64,000 nt of DNA, taken from positions 1-64,000 of the forward strand of contig JAWOII010000104.1 in assembly GCA_046484755.1 (NCBI GenBank), read 5' to 3'. Under the pieces are notes generated by a model. It made no database searches and was not told the origin of the DNA. It worked only from the letters and a program-made list of their open reading frames with translations. Both the position numbers and the translations under genes were made by a program. Source of the stretch: Enhygromyxa sp. (lineage in GTDB: Bacteria; Myxococcota_A; Polyangia; Nannocystales; Nannocystaceae). Shown here piece after piece: positions 49,821 to 60,400 of the stretch (position 1 is its first letter; each line of letters begins with the position of its first letter).

Positions 49821-50330
49821 ATGACCAGGCTGTCCTCCCCCCGCTTTATCCGCTTCGCTTCGCTCTGCTTTGGCCTCGCCCTCACCACCGGCACGCTCGC
49901 GTGCGACGACGACGGCGGTGACGAAGTCAGCGACGGCACCGATGGAGACGGAGATGGAGACGGAACCGGAGACGGCGACGGCGAGGGCGACGGAGACGGC
50001 GACGCGCTCTCGCACGCCGCCGACATGCAGCCGATCTGGGACGCCAGCTGCCTGGCCATGTGCCACGAGCCCGACGGCAACGCGGTCTCGGTCCTCGACC
50101 TCTCCGGCAACGCCTACGGCAACATCGTCAGCGTGCCCTCGACCCAGGCTCCGGGTATGAACCTCGTCGAGCCAGGCAACGCGGCCGAGAGCTACCTGGT
50201 CGCCAAGCTCCGCGGGACCCAGGTGGCCGCCGGTGGACTCGGGGCCATGATGCCCTCCGGCACCCAGATGCTGCCCGAGGAAACGATCGCGCTGGTCGAG
50301 GCGTGGATCGACGAAGGCGCGGCGCCCTGA
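49821..50330 (+). CDS. Lipoprotein with a (GD)n linker and a CxxCH cytochrome-c-like (PSCyt1-like) domain
   Basis: Lipobox LAC; CLAMCH motif; it is a paralog of the protein at 50416..51057. Confidence 0.6.
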   Translation: MTRLSSPRFIRFASLCFGLALTTGTLACDDDGGDEVSDGTDGDGDGDGTGDGDGEGDGDGDALSHAADMQPIWDASCLAMCHEPDGNAVSVLDLSGNAYGNIVSVPSTQAPGMNLVEPGNAAESYLVAKLRGTQVAAGGLGAMMPSGTQMLPEETIALVEAWIDEGAAP

Positions 50331-50415
50331 GTCTGCGCGTGCCTTCGCGCGGGGGGCCTCACCCCCTTCGATTTCGTGGCTCCGGGGCCCGCTAAAACGG
50401 ATATGCTCTGGAGCC

Positions 50416-51057
50416 ATGAAACGATTTCGCTTGATTTCTCTGCCGCTCCTGTCCGCGCTCGCGCTTTTGTCCTTGCCTGCCTGCAACGATGACGGTGGCG
50501 AGGACGGGATGACCGACGAGACCGGCGACGGAGATGGTGATGGCGATGGTGATGGTGATGGTGATGGTGATGGTGATGGAGACGGCGACGGCGACGGAGA
50601 CGGCGGAGACGGAGACGGAGACGGCGGCGACGGAGACGGAGACGGCGACGGCGGCGACGGAGACGGCGGCGACGGAGACGGAGACGGCGGCGACGGCGAC
50701 GGAGATGGTGACGGCGATGGCAGCCTGTCTTTCGAGGCCGACGTCTTCCCGATCATCCAGGCCGGCTGCTCGTGCCACGCAGGCGGTGCCGGCGGCCTGA
50801 CGATGTCGGACGCGGACACCGCTTACGGCAACCTCGTCAGCGTCCCTGCGGTTCACGACGCCAACATCAACCGCGTCGAGCCCGGCGATCCCGACAACAG
50901 CTTCCTTTACCAGAAGATCACCGGCACCCACGACGGCATCGGCCCCACCAACGCCCAGATGCCCAAGACCCAGGGCCAGGCAACCTCGGACAACCCGCTG
51001 TCGGACGGGGATCAGCAGACCATCGCCGACTGGATCTCGGCCGGCGCGGAGCCCTGA
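50416..51057 (+). CDS. Lipoprotein with a long (GD)n linker and a CxxCH (PSCyt1-like) domain, tandem paralog
   Basis: Lipobox LPAC; CSCHAG motif; about 35% identity to the neighbouring paralog across the C-terminal 100 aa. Confidence 0.6.
   Translation: MKRFRLISLPLLSALALLSLPACNDDGGEDGMTDETGDGDGDGDGDGDGDGDGDGDGDGDGDGGDGDGDGGDGDGDGDGGDGDGGDGDGDGGDGDGDGDGDGSLSFEADVFPIIQAGCSCHAGGAGGLTMSDADTAYGNLVSVPAVHDANINRVEPGDPDNSFLYQKITGTHDGIGPTNAQMPKTQGQATSDNPLSDGDQQTIADWISAGAEP
50524..50720. repeat. Hexanucleotide coding microsatellite (ggtgat/ggagac/ggcgac)n, about 200 bp, encoding (GD)n
   Basis: Direct repeat visible in the sequence. Confidence 0.8.
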
Positions 51058-51145
51058 GCCGCGTCCTTGCGAGCACTCCGCCTCTCGAGCGGCTTGCCGC
51101 TCGGGGGGCGCACCGCTATCTTGGGCCGCTTTCAGCGAGCGACCC

Positions 51146-51526
51146 ATGGCCCGCGAGTACCTGCTCAAGACCCACGTCCACTTCGCCGCCGCCCACCGGC
51201 TGCGCGGCTACCAAGGCGATTGCGAGCAGCTCCACGGCCACAACTACAAGGTCGAGATCGAGGTCCGCGCCACGCAGCTCGACGAGGTCGGGATGGGCGT
51301 CGACTTTCGGACGATCCGCACGGCGGCCCGCGAGGTCGTCGGGGTCCTCGACCACCGGCTGCTCAACGAGATCCCGCCCTTCGACAAGATCAACCCGACC
51401 GCCGAGAACATCGCCGTCTACGTGTACGAGCAGCTCGGGCGGGTGCTCGACGGCGAGCACGCGCGGGTTCACGCGGTGACGATCTGGGAGACCGAGCGCG
51501 ACAGCGTGCGCTACTCGGCGTCGTGA
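51146..51526 (+). CDS. queD: 6-carboxy-5,6,7,8-tetrahydropterin synthase QueD
   Basis: CEQLHGHNYKV motif; 126 aa. Confidence 0.85.
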   Translation: MAREYLLKTHVHFAAAHRLRGYQGDCEQLHGHNYKVEIEVRATQLDEVGMGVDFRTIRTAAREVVGVLDHRLLNEIPPFDKINPTAENIAVYVYEQLGRVLDGEHARVHAVTIWETERDSVRYSAS

Positions 51527-51644
51527 TCCCGGTCGCCACCGCACCGGCGACTTCAGCAAGCTCGTCGCTCATGAGCTTTTCAGCCATCCTGGACCAATCT
51601 CGCGCCATCCTCGCAACGCTTTTGTCGAGCCTCGAGCGGGCGGC

Positions 51645-51673
51645 TTGACAGCGCGAGGCGCCTGATCCACTGT
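51645..51673 (+). promoter_or_regulatory. Possible sigma-70-like promoter for rpmB: TTGACA -35 with a weak -10, and a GGGAG ribosome-binding site at 51685
   Basis: cTTGACAg at 51645-51650. The -10 is poor (CACTGT). Confidence 0.25.
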
Positions 51674-51698
51674 CCGCACCCCTTCGGGAGTCTCAGTC

Positions 51699-51935
51699 AT
51701 GTCCCAAGTCTGCCAGGTCACCGGAAAGAGCCCGCTCGTGGGCATGAACGTGTCCCACTCGCACATCCGGACCAAGAAGCGGAGCTTGCCCAACCTTCGG
51801 TGGAAGCGTTACTGGGTCCCGAGCGAGAACCGCTGGGTTCGCCTCCGGGTGAGCAGCCAGGGCATCCGGATCATCGACAAGCGGGGCATCGAGCCGGTCC
51901 TCGCCGAGATCCGATCCCGCGGCATCAAGGTCTGA
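51699..51935 (+). CDS. rpmB: 50S ribosomal protein L28
   Basis: [12 protein letters not shown]...[17 protein letters not shown] matches L28. Confidence 0.9.
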   Translation: MSQVCQVTGKSPLVGMNVSHSHIRTKKRSLPNLRWKRYWVPSENRWVRLRVSSQGIRIIDKRGIEPVLAEIRSRGIKV

Positions 51936-51986
51936 GTGCAGGAGGGCCGGGTCCCCCAGTGGCGACCCGAATGGTTTACTGAGGTG

Positions 51987-52003
51987 GCGACCTGAAGGGT
52001 CGC
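51987..52003. terminator. Hairpin (GCGACC-tgaag-GGTCGC) between convergent rpmB and WD40 genes
   Basis: Inverted repeat visible in the sequence; no strong U-tract. Confidence 0.3.
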
Positions 52004-52009
52004 AGCTCG

Positions 52010-52885
52010 CTAAACACCCTCCATATCCCAGATCCGAGCGAGCTCGTCGGCCGAGGCGGTTACTGCATAGCGCCCGTCCGGCGAGACATCGAGATCGTAG
52101 ATACCCTTGCAGTCGATCTCGACCGCATCGATGACGGCGCCGTCCTCGGCGTCGTAGATCCCGAGCCCGCCCTCGTAGCAGCAGACCACCTGTTCGTGGC
52201 CGGGCCGGAGGGTCGCGCCCGTGAGGCCCTTTTCGACGATCGGCAGCACGGCGGTGTAGCCCCACGCGGTCGCCGACCAGATCGTGATCGGGCCTCGCCA
52301 GCCGCGGGAGACCACCCACTCGCCGCTGCGATCGGGCTCGAAGGCGCCGACGGTCCCGGGGCCGGCTTGCTGCTCCCAGGCCAGCTCGCCGGTCTCGAGC
52401 GACCAAAAACACAAGGTGTCGCCGCGGCGGCCGGTGACGAGGTGCTCGCCGTCGCCGGAGAACACCAGGGCCATCCCCCGGGGGCCGACATCGAGGCTCC
52501 AAAGCAGCTCGCCGGTCTCGGTCGACCACACGCACACGGTCTCGTCGCGGGCCCCCGAGGCGATCAGGCTGCCGTCCGGCGAGGAGCCGAGGGTGTAGAC
52601 CGGCCCTCGATGGCCCGCGAGCTCGTGGATCAGCTTGCCCTTGGGCCACGACCAGACCCGCACGATCCCGGCCCCGTCGGCGCTGATCAGCTCGCCGGTG
52701 GCCGTGAAGCCCAAGGCGGTGACTGCTCGGCGGTGGCCCTCGAGGCTGCGCTCGAGCTTGCCGCGGAGCGACCAGATCCCGATGGTCTTGTCCCGCGCCC
52801 CGGTCGCAACCCGGCGCCCCTCGGGCCCGAAGCGAGCGCACGAGACCTGCCCCTCATGGCCCTCGAGCGTGTGGTGCAGCTTCAT
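52010..52885 (-). CDS. WD40-repeat protein
   Basis: Seven GH...WD-like repeats (e.g. IWSLRG, VRVWSW, VCVWS, LCFWSL). Confidence 0.8.
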   Translation of the reverse strand: MKLHHTLEGHEGQVSCARFGPEGRRVATGARDKTIGIWSLRGKLERSLEGHRRAVTALGFTATGELISADGAGIVRVWSWPKGKLIHELAGHRGPVYTLGSSPDGSLIASGARDETVCVWSTETGELLWSLDVGPRGMALVFSGDGEHLVTGRRGDTLCFWSLETGELAWEQQAGPGTVGAFEPDRSGEWVVSRGWRGPITIWSATAWGYTAVLPIVEKGLTGATLRPGHEQVVCCYEGGLGIYDAEDGAVIDAVEIDCKGIYDLDVSPDGRYAVTASADELARIWDMEGV

Positions 52886-53006
52886 GTATGCGTCGGCTCC
52901 TCGGTCGCCCGGTGCTTGCGACGCAGCGATGATACACGGGCGCGCAGGGGCTGTTGCCGTCGAAGTGGGTCGTCGAGGCCTTGCGCAAATCGCAAGCCGA
53001 GCGCGC

Positions 53007-54443
53007 TCACTGGCGAAGCTCGATCCGCGCGCCGAGCTTGGCCCGAAAGCCCTCGTCGATGCCGGCCCCGACCATCACCCAGCCGGGCTCTCCACCCCCG
53101 GGATCGAACCATGTTGCCAGGTACTCGCGGACCTGCTCGGGCTCGAGCTCGAGCATGGTCTGGGCGTCGCGAGCCAGGGCCCGGAAGATCTCGCGATCGC
53201 TGCCAGCGAGGTCAATGGACTCGCTCCACAGCGCGCTCCAGTCCTCGCCGGCGAGGCTCGCTTCGACCACCCGGGCGCCGAGCCACAAATTGGCGGCCTG
53301 TTCGATGCGATCGCGCGGCTGCGCCTCGACCCCGAAGGCGTGCATGCGATCGACGATCCGCTGGATGCTGGTGACCGGATCGCTGGGGGAGATCCGCACG
53401 CGCACCGCGAGCAGGCTGATCGGACCCGCGACCAGCAAGCGGACGTCGAGCTCCTCTTGCATGATCCGCTGGCTGATCCGCGCGAGCGCTCGCTCTTCGA
53501 CGGTCGCGGTCGGGATCAGCCGACCGATCATCACTACGGCTCGACCGCCGCGCTCGGGCTTGCCCGGGAAGATGCGCATGGGCGCCGCGCGGGTCTCGGT
53601 CAGCAGGTAGGTGTCGGGCAGCTTCTTGGGTGGATCGGCGCGCAGCCGGACGGTCACCGCCGGCTTGCCCGAGCCGAGCCCGCCCTTCCAGCGGGTGCCG
53701 AGCCGCGCGAGCGCGGGGGCGAGGGCCTCGTCTTCGAGCTCGCGGCCGGAGTGGACGATGATCAGGGCGTCGCGGGGATCGACGAACATCGACCAGGCGC
53801 GCTCGAGTCCCTTCTTGGACAGGTCGATGAGGTCCTGCTTGGCCGCGTACTCGTGGGCGAGGGGCTGCCCGAGCAGCTCGGCGATCAGCCCGGCCGAGGC
53901 CAGGGTCGAGGCGTTGGCCTCACGGTGGCGGGCGAGCACCTTGCCCTGGGCGATCGCAAGCAGCTTGGGATCGCTGGCGTCGGCGAGGGTCTCGGCGAGG
54001 GCCCCGAGCAGCGCCTCTGCGTCGCTGTCACGGCCGTGCAGCGCGATCTCGATCCGCCCCGGGCGGCTGCGGATGTCGAGTCGGGCGTCGGGGATCCGTC
54101 GCCGTCGGGCCTCGAGCCGCAGCTCGATCGCCTCGAGCATGGTGGCGATCGCGGCCGCGCTGAGCTTGTCGGCCTCGTGCGAGGTCGGCAGCAGCAGCCG
54201 CAGGTGAAAGGCGGGGCTCCCGGGCTCGCGCAGCCAGTGGACCACCGCGCCGTTGTCGAGCTGGGCGGTCGAGGGTGGCTGCCAGGCCGGCGCGAGCACG
54301 CTGTTGGGATCGATCGGCCCGCGATCGCTGCCCTCGTCGAACACCACCGGGGCGAGGGTCTCCTTGCTGCAGCGACAGCCGCCGCCGAGGGTGCCGGCGA
54401 GCGCGAGCGCGACGAGCAGGTGGCGGTGGAGCCTGGGCTTCAA
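53007..54443 (-). CDS. M16 (pitrilysin)-like non-peptidase homologue, lipoprotein
   Basis: Probable TTG start at 54443, overlapping the upstream stop (TTGA): M/LKPRLHRHLLVALALAGTLGGGC. No HxxEH motif. The upstream Arg-rich part of listed ORF 53007..55493 is rejected. Confidence 0.55.
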   Translation of the reverse strand: MKPRLHRHLLVALALAGTLGGGCRCSKETLAPVVFDEGSDRGPIDPNSVLAPAWQPPSTAQLDNGAVVHWLREPGSPAFHLRLLLPTSHEADKLSAAAIATMLEAIELRLEARRRRIPDARLDIRSRPGRIEIALHGRDSDAEALLGALAETLADASDPKLLAIAQGKVLARHREANASTLASAGLIAELLGQPLAHEYAAKQDLIDLSKKGLERAWSMFVDPRDALIIVHSGRELEDEALAPALARLGTRWKGGLGSGKPAVTVRLRADPPKKLPDTYLLTETRAAPMRIFPGKPERGGRAVVMIGRLIPTATVEERALARISQRIMQEELDVRLLVAGPISLLAVRVRISPSDPVTSIQRIVDRMHAFGVEAQPRDRIEQAANLWLGARVVEASLAGEDWSALWSESIDLAGSDREIFRALARDAQTMLELEPEQVREYLATWFDPGGGEPGWVMVGAGIDEGFRAKLGARIELRQ

Positions 54444-56038
54444 GGTGACTCCTGGGGCGCTTGGGGTTGCGCGGGAGCGTTGGCGGTCGGTGGAGCGTCG
54501 GCGGGAGCGTCGGCGGGAGCGTCGGCGGGAGCGTCGGCGGGAGCGTCGGCGGGCGGCGGTTGGGCCGGCGGCGGTGGAGCTCGATCGGGGTCGAGCAGCA
54601 GCACGCCCGCGCGGGTGTCGAGCAGCTCGGGGATCGTGGCCACGAGCTGCGCGACCGCGTCGTCGTCCAGATCTGCAGCAGGATCGGCAGCAGGATCCGA
54701 AGCAGGACCCGAAAGCGCAGGCAGCCCGAGGATCTCGGCACGATCGCGCAGCGAGAGCCCCGTCTCCGCGGCGCGCTGCTCGGCCGCGCTCGCGAGGTAG
54801 CTTGCGAGGTCGAGGGGGGCCCGCAGCCCGTAGGCGAGATCCTGCTCGATGCGGGCGCGCTGGCCTTCGATCAGCGCGGCGAGATCGGGCTCGGCGCGGG
54901 CGTCGGCCACCCGCGCGAGCCGCTGGGCGATCAGCGGCTCGGGCCCGGCGGCGGGGTCGTAGCCGATCGCCCGCACGACCAGCAGCGGACGGCGAGGATC
55001 GTCGGCGTAGGTGCAGCGAACCCGGGCCTTGGGCGGCTCGTCGGCCCCGGGCTTTTGCCGGTTGAGGGTCCCGCACAGCACCTGCGCCCACGCCCGGGCC
55101 TGCGGGTCGCCGGGCACCGCCCAGACCATGCTGTCGCCCTTTTGCTGGGCCAGGGCGAGCGCTCGCGGGCCCGCAGCGGCGGGCTTGGGCGGCGTCGCGG
55201 CGGCGATCGGCTTGCGCTGCCGGGCCGGGAGATCGGCGAACAGCGGCTCGACCCGGGCGAGCAGCGCCTGCGGCTCCTCGGGTCCGACCACCACCAAGGT
55301 CGCGGCGCGGTAATCGAACAGGCGGACCAGCTGGGCGCCGACCGATTGATCGAGCATGTCGCCGAGCGCCGGGCTGACGACCCGACCGTCGTGCTCGAGG
55401 CCCGGGTCGTTCCAGGCCGCGGCCGCGGCCTCGCGGGGGACCACCAGCCGGACCGCGTCGTCGTTGCGGGCGTAGCTGAGCGACTTGAGCCACAGCTCGC
55501 GGCCGGTGTTGGGGGCCCGCAGGCGCAGGGCCTCGACCCGCAGCAGCGCGTCGAGCTGCGAGACCGGGACCAGCGACTCGAAGCGGACCTGGGCCGGACC
55601 GACAGCCATCGCCGCGAGCCCGCCGACGTCGTGGGCGGTCGCAATCGCCTCGCCGGGCCCGAGCTCGCGGTTGCCTTGCTGGAGGTGATAGGCGAGGGCG
55701 TGGACCAGCCCCGGGAGCTTGTCGGGGTCGTCGCGGGTCCCGACCTCGATCGCCAGCACCACCGCGGCGACGGGCAGGCTCGCGTCCTTGGCGGTGATCA
55801 CCCGGACCCCGCAGGGGAGGATCACGTCGACCACCTGCTCGGGCGCGACCACCAGGCTCTCGACGTCGAGCGCCTCGGGGGTCGGCTCTTGCTCGGGGGT
55901 CGACTCCTGCTCGGGGGTCGACTCCTGCTCCTGCTCCTGCGCGGGCGGGGGCTCGGGGGTCGGCTCCTGCTCGGGCGCGGGGCCGAGGCCGAGCAGGGCC
56001 GTCAAGATCGGGGTTATCGCTGCGGCGAGGATGCGCAC
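54440..56038 (-). CDS. M16 (pitrilysin)-like protein with a degenerate zinc motif and Pro/Glu/Ala repeat termini
   Basis: HALAYH replaces HxxEH. An N-terminal EQEPTP x5 repeat and a C-terminal (PADA)n repeat, each encoded by 12-18-nt DNA repeats at 55876..55975 and 54485..54560. Confidence 0.55.
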   Translation of the reverse strand: MRILAAAITPILTALLGLGPAPEQEPTPEPPPAQEQEQESTPEQESTPEQEPTPEALDVESLVVAPEQVVDVILPCGVRVITAKDASLPVAAVVLAIEVGTRDDPDKLPGLVHALAYHLQQGNRELGPGEAIATAHDVGGLAAMAVGPAQVRFESLVPVSQLDALLRVEALRLRAPNTGRELWLKSLSYARNDDAVRLVVPREAAAAAWNDPGLEHDGRVVSPALGDMLDQSVGAQLVRLFDYRAATLVVVGPEEPQALLARVEPLFADLPARQRKPIAAATPPKPAAAGPRALALAQQKGDSMVWAVPGDPQARAWAQVLCGTLNRQKPGADEPPKARVRCTYADDPRRPLLVVRAIGYDPAAGPEPLIAQRLARVADARAEPDLAALIEGQRARIEQDLAYGLRAPLDLASYLASAAEQRAAETGLSLRDRAEILGLPALSGPASDPAADPAADLDDDAVAQLVATIPELLDTRAGVLLLDPDRAPPPPAQPPPADAPADAPADAPADAPADAPPTANAPAQPQAPQESP

Positions 56039-56062
56039 CGTCGCTCCTGAAAGCAGGGCTGT

Positions 56063-57475
<1,413 letters not shown>

Positions 57476-57490
57476 CTACGTTGCGCGCCC

Positions 57491-58828
57491 ATGCGCGGCG
57501 TCCACATCGGCTTGCTCGGCCTCGGCAACGTCGGCCAGGGGGTCCTGCGGATCCTCGAGGCCAACGGCCCGGCGATCCACGAGCGGATCGCCGCTCGGCC
57601 GATCGTCCGCAAGATCCTGGTCCGCGAGCCCGACAAGCAGCGCGAGCTCGAGGTCGATCCGGCGCTGCTGACCACCGACCCCGACGAGGTCCTCGGCGAT
57701 CCGGAGATCCGGGTAGTCGTCGAGCTGATCGGCGGGATCGAGCCGGCCCGGACCTACGTGATGCGGGCGCTCGAGGCCGGCAAGCACGTCGTGACCGCCA
57801 ACAAGGCGCTGCTAGCCGAGCGCGGCGAGGAGCTGTTCGCGGCCGCGGCCGCGCGCAACCTGGCGATCTACTTCGAGGGCTCGGTCGCCGGCGGGATCCC
57901 GGTGCTCCGGGCCCTGCGAGAGGGCCTCGCCAGCGATCGCATCGACCGAGTGATCGGCATCGTCAACGGGACCTCCAACTACATCCTCGACGCGATGACC
58001 CGGACCGGCCAGCCCTACGAGGCCGCGCTCGCGGCCGCGCAGGCGGCCGGCTTCGCCGAGGCCGATCCGACCCTCGACGTCGAGGGCGGCGACGCGGCCC
58101 ACAAGCTCGCGCTGCTGACCCTGGTCTGCGCCGGCGCGCGGGTGGCCCCCGAGCGGATCCACGTCGAGGGCATCACCCGGGTCCGGCCCTTCGACATCCG
58201 CGTCGCCGCCGAGCTCGGCTACGTGATCAAGTCGCTGGCGATCGGCGACTTCCTGCCCGCGGGTCCGTGCCTGCGGGTCCACCCGACCTTCGTCCCGCGC
58301 GATCACATCCTCGCCGGGGTCCACGGCTCCTACAACGCCGTCGAGGTCGGCTCGCGGGCGCTCGGGCAGTCGATGTACTACGGCAAGGGCGCGGGGATGA
58401 TGCCGACCGGGGTCGCGGTGGTCTCCGACATCATCGAAGTTTGTCGAGACCTGGTCGGGCTCCCTGGGGGCCGGCCGCTTGGGGCCCACCGCGAGGTCCG
58501 CTCGCTCGAGCCGCTGCCGATCGACGAGCTCGAGTGCGAAAATTACCTGTGCGTGCACGTGCCCAACGTGCCTGGCGTGCTCGGCCGGGTGGCCAGCTGC
58601 CTCGGCCGCCACGGCGTCAGCATCAAGCGCATGAACCAAGACACCCCGGGCCCGAGCGAGCCGATCGACATGGTGATCCTGACCGAGCGCACCGCCGAGG
58701 CCAGGGTCCAAGCCGCGGTCGCCGAGGTCGACACCTTCGATGTGTCGCTCAGCCCCACCCACCGGTTTCGGATCCTCGAACCCGACGATCCCGATCTCGA
58801 GCTCCCGCCCGAGGAAGGGGCGGCCTGA
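57491..58828 (+). CDS. hom: Homoserine dehydrogenase with a C-terminal ACT domain
   Basis: Start ATG 57491 (MRGVHIGLLGLGNVGQG), inside listed ORF 56789..58828. Confidence 0.9.
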   Translation: MRGVHIGLLGLGNVGQGVLRILEANGPAIHERIAARPIVRKILVREPDKQRELEVDPALLTTDPDEVLGDPEIRVVVELIGGIEPARTYVMRALEAGKHVVTANKALLAERGEELFAAAAARNLAIYFEGSVAGGIPVLRALREGLASDRIDRVIGIVNGTSNYILDAMTRTGQPYEAALAAAQAAGFAEADPTLDVEGGDAAHKLALLTLVCAGARVAPERIHVEGITRVRPFDIRVAAELGYVIKSLAIGDFLPAGPCLRVHPTFVPRDHILAGVHGSYNAVEVGSRALGQSMYYGKGAGMMPTGVAVVSDIIEVCRDLVGLPGGRPLGAHREVRSLEPLPIDELECENYLCVHVPNVPGVLGRVASCLGRHGVSIKRMNQDTPGPSEPIDMVILTERTAEARVQAAVAEVDTFDVSLSPTHRFRILEPDDPDLELPPEEGAA

Positions 58829-59325
58829 TGGCCCGTCGCCTGGTCCCCGCGCCGACCGTCCCCCTGCGCCGGACCGCGCAGATCCGGGTCATCTACGCCG
58901 ACACCGATCGCATGGGCGTGGTCTACCACGCCACCTACCTGCGCTTCCTCGAGCACGCCCGGGTCGAGTTCATCCGCAGCCTCGGCTTCGCCTACGCCGA
59001 CATGGAGCGGATGGGCTTCGGCCTGCCGGTCATCGATCTCGCCGTGACCTACCTGATCCCGGCCGAGTACGACGACCTCGTCAGCGTCCACGTCGGGCTG
59101 GCGAAGCTCACGCCGGCGCGGGTGCACTTCGCCTACGAGCTGACCGTCGAGCCCGGCGATCGCCGCGACTTCGCCGGGCCCGATCCGCTGATCTTGCTCC
59201 GCGCCGAGACTCACCACGGCTGCATGGACATGCACGATCGTCGCGCGACGCGGCTGCCCGATCCCGTGTATGAGTTGCTCGAGGGATGCCTCGGAAACTC
59301 CAAGCCCGCCCCGGAGCCGCAATGA
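58828..59325 (+). CDS. Acyl-CoA thioesterase (4HBT / YbgC-like)
   Basis: The ATG overlaps the hom stop (TGATG). Hotdog-fold pattern IRVIYADTDRMGVVYHATYLRFLE. Confidence 0.7.
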   Translation: MARRLVPAPTVPLRRTAQIRVIYADTDRMGVVYHATYLRFLEHARVEFIRSLGFAYADMERMGFGLPVIDLAVTYLIPAEYDDLVSVHVGLAKLTPARVHFAYELTVEPGDRRDFAGPDPLILLRAETHHGCMDMHDRRATRLPDPVYELLEGCLGNSKPAPEPQ

Positions 59326-60308
59326 CCAACAAGCCCCGCAAGACCATGGACCGCAAGCTCCTGCTCGAGTACGTCCGCGTGACCGAGGCGGCCGCGATCG
59401 CCTGCTCGCGGCTGGTCGGCGCGGGCAAGAAGGACGCCGCCGACTCGCTCGCGGTCGAGGCCATGCGCCGGGCCTTCGACAAGATCCCCGCGCGGGGGAC
59501 CATCGTGATCGGCGAGGGCGAGATGGACGAGGCGCCGATGCTCTACATCGGCGAGAAGGTCGGGCCCAAGGATCCCGACCTGCCCGAGGTCGACATCGCC
59601 GTCGATCCGCTCGAGGGCACCAACTTGGTCGCCCACGGCAAGCCTGGCGCGCTCGCGGTCCTAGCCGTGGCCAACCGCGGCGACCTGCTCAACGCCCCCG
59701 ACATCTACATGGACAAGATCGCCGCCGGCCCGGCCGGTGTCGGGGTCGTCAGTCTCGAAAAGACCCCCGCCCAGAACGTCCGGGAGCTGGCCGAGGCCAA
59801 GAGCAAGCGGCCCGAGGAGCTGGTCGTGGTCGTGCTCGAGCGGCCCCGCCACGCCGAGCTGATCGCGCAGATGCGCGAGGCTGGAGCGAGCGTGCGCTTG
59901 ATCAGCGACGGCGACGTCAACCCCAGCGTAGCGACCGGCCTGCCCGAGAGCGGCGTCGACATGTTCATCGGCATCGGCGGCGCGCCCGAGGGCGTGCTCG
60001 CGGCCGCGGCCCTGCGCTGCCTGGGCGGCATCTTCGAGGGCCGGCTGGTCTTTGCCGACGAGACCGAGCGAAATCGGGCGATCTCCATGGGCTTGCGCGA
60101 GCCCGATCGGCTACTTCGGCACGACGATCTGGTCCGCGGCCCCTGCTTCTTCGTGGCCTCGGGCGTCACCGATGGCCCGATCCTGCAAGGCATCCGGCTT
60201 CATGGCGCCCGTACCCTGGTCAGCAGCCTTGCGCTACGTAGCGACACGGGGACGATTCGCCGCTTCGAGACCTCGACCTTGCTGGGTCACCTACCGGTCG
60301 ACGACTGA
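59322..60308 (+). CDS. glpX: Class II fructose-1,6-bisphosphatase GlpX
   Basis: The ATG overlaps the upstream stop (ATGA). RVTEAAAIACSRLVGAGKKDAAD...DPLEGT motifs. Confidence 0.85.
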   Translation: MTNKPRKTMDRKLLLEYVRVTEAAAIACSRLVGAGKKDAADSLAVEAMRRAFDKIPARGTIVIGEGEMDEAPMLYIGEKVGPKDPDLPEVDIAVDPLEGTNLVAHGKPGALAVLAVANRGDLLNAPDIYMDKIAAGPAGVGVVSLEKTPAQNVRELAEAKSKRPEELVVVVLERPRHAELIAQMREAGASVRLISDGDVNPSVATGLPESGVDMFIGIGGAPEGVLAAAALRCLGGIFEGRLVFADETERNRAISMGLREPDRLLRHDDLVRGPCFFVASGVTDGPILQGIRLHGARTLVSSLALRSDTGTIRRFETSTLLGHLPVDD

Positions 60309-60400
60309 GCACAATCGGGGCCGACTACGGTCCCTTCGCTGACCAATGTGGCCGTTGGCGCGGCTGCGCGGGTCGCTTAGAGTGATCGCGCCATCCATGG

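Noticed and set aside
52196-54800. 392-aa and 721-aa plus ORFs
   Set aside because: They are antisense to the WD40 and M16-like genes and are low-complexity R/G/A-rich.
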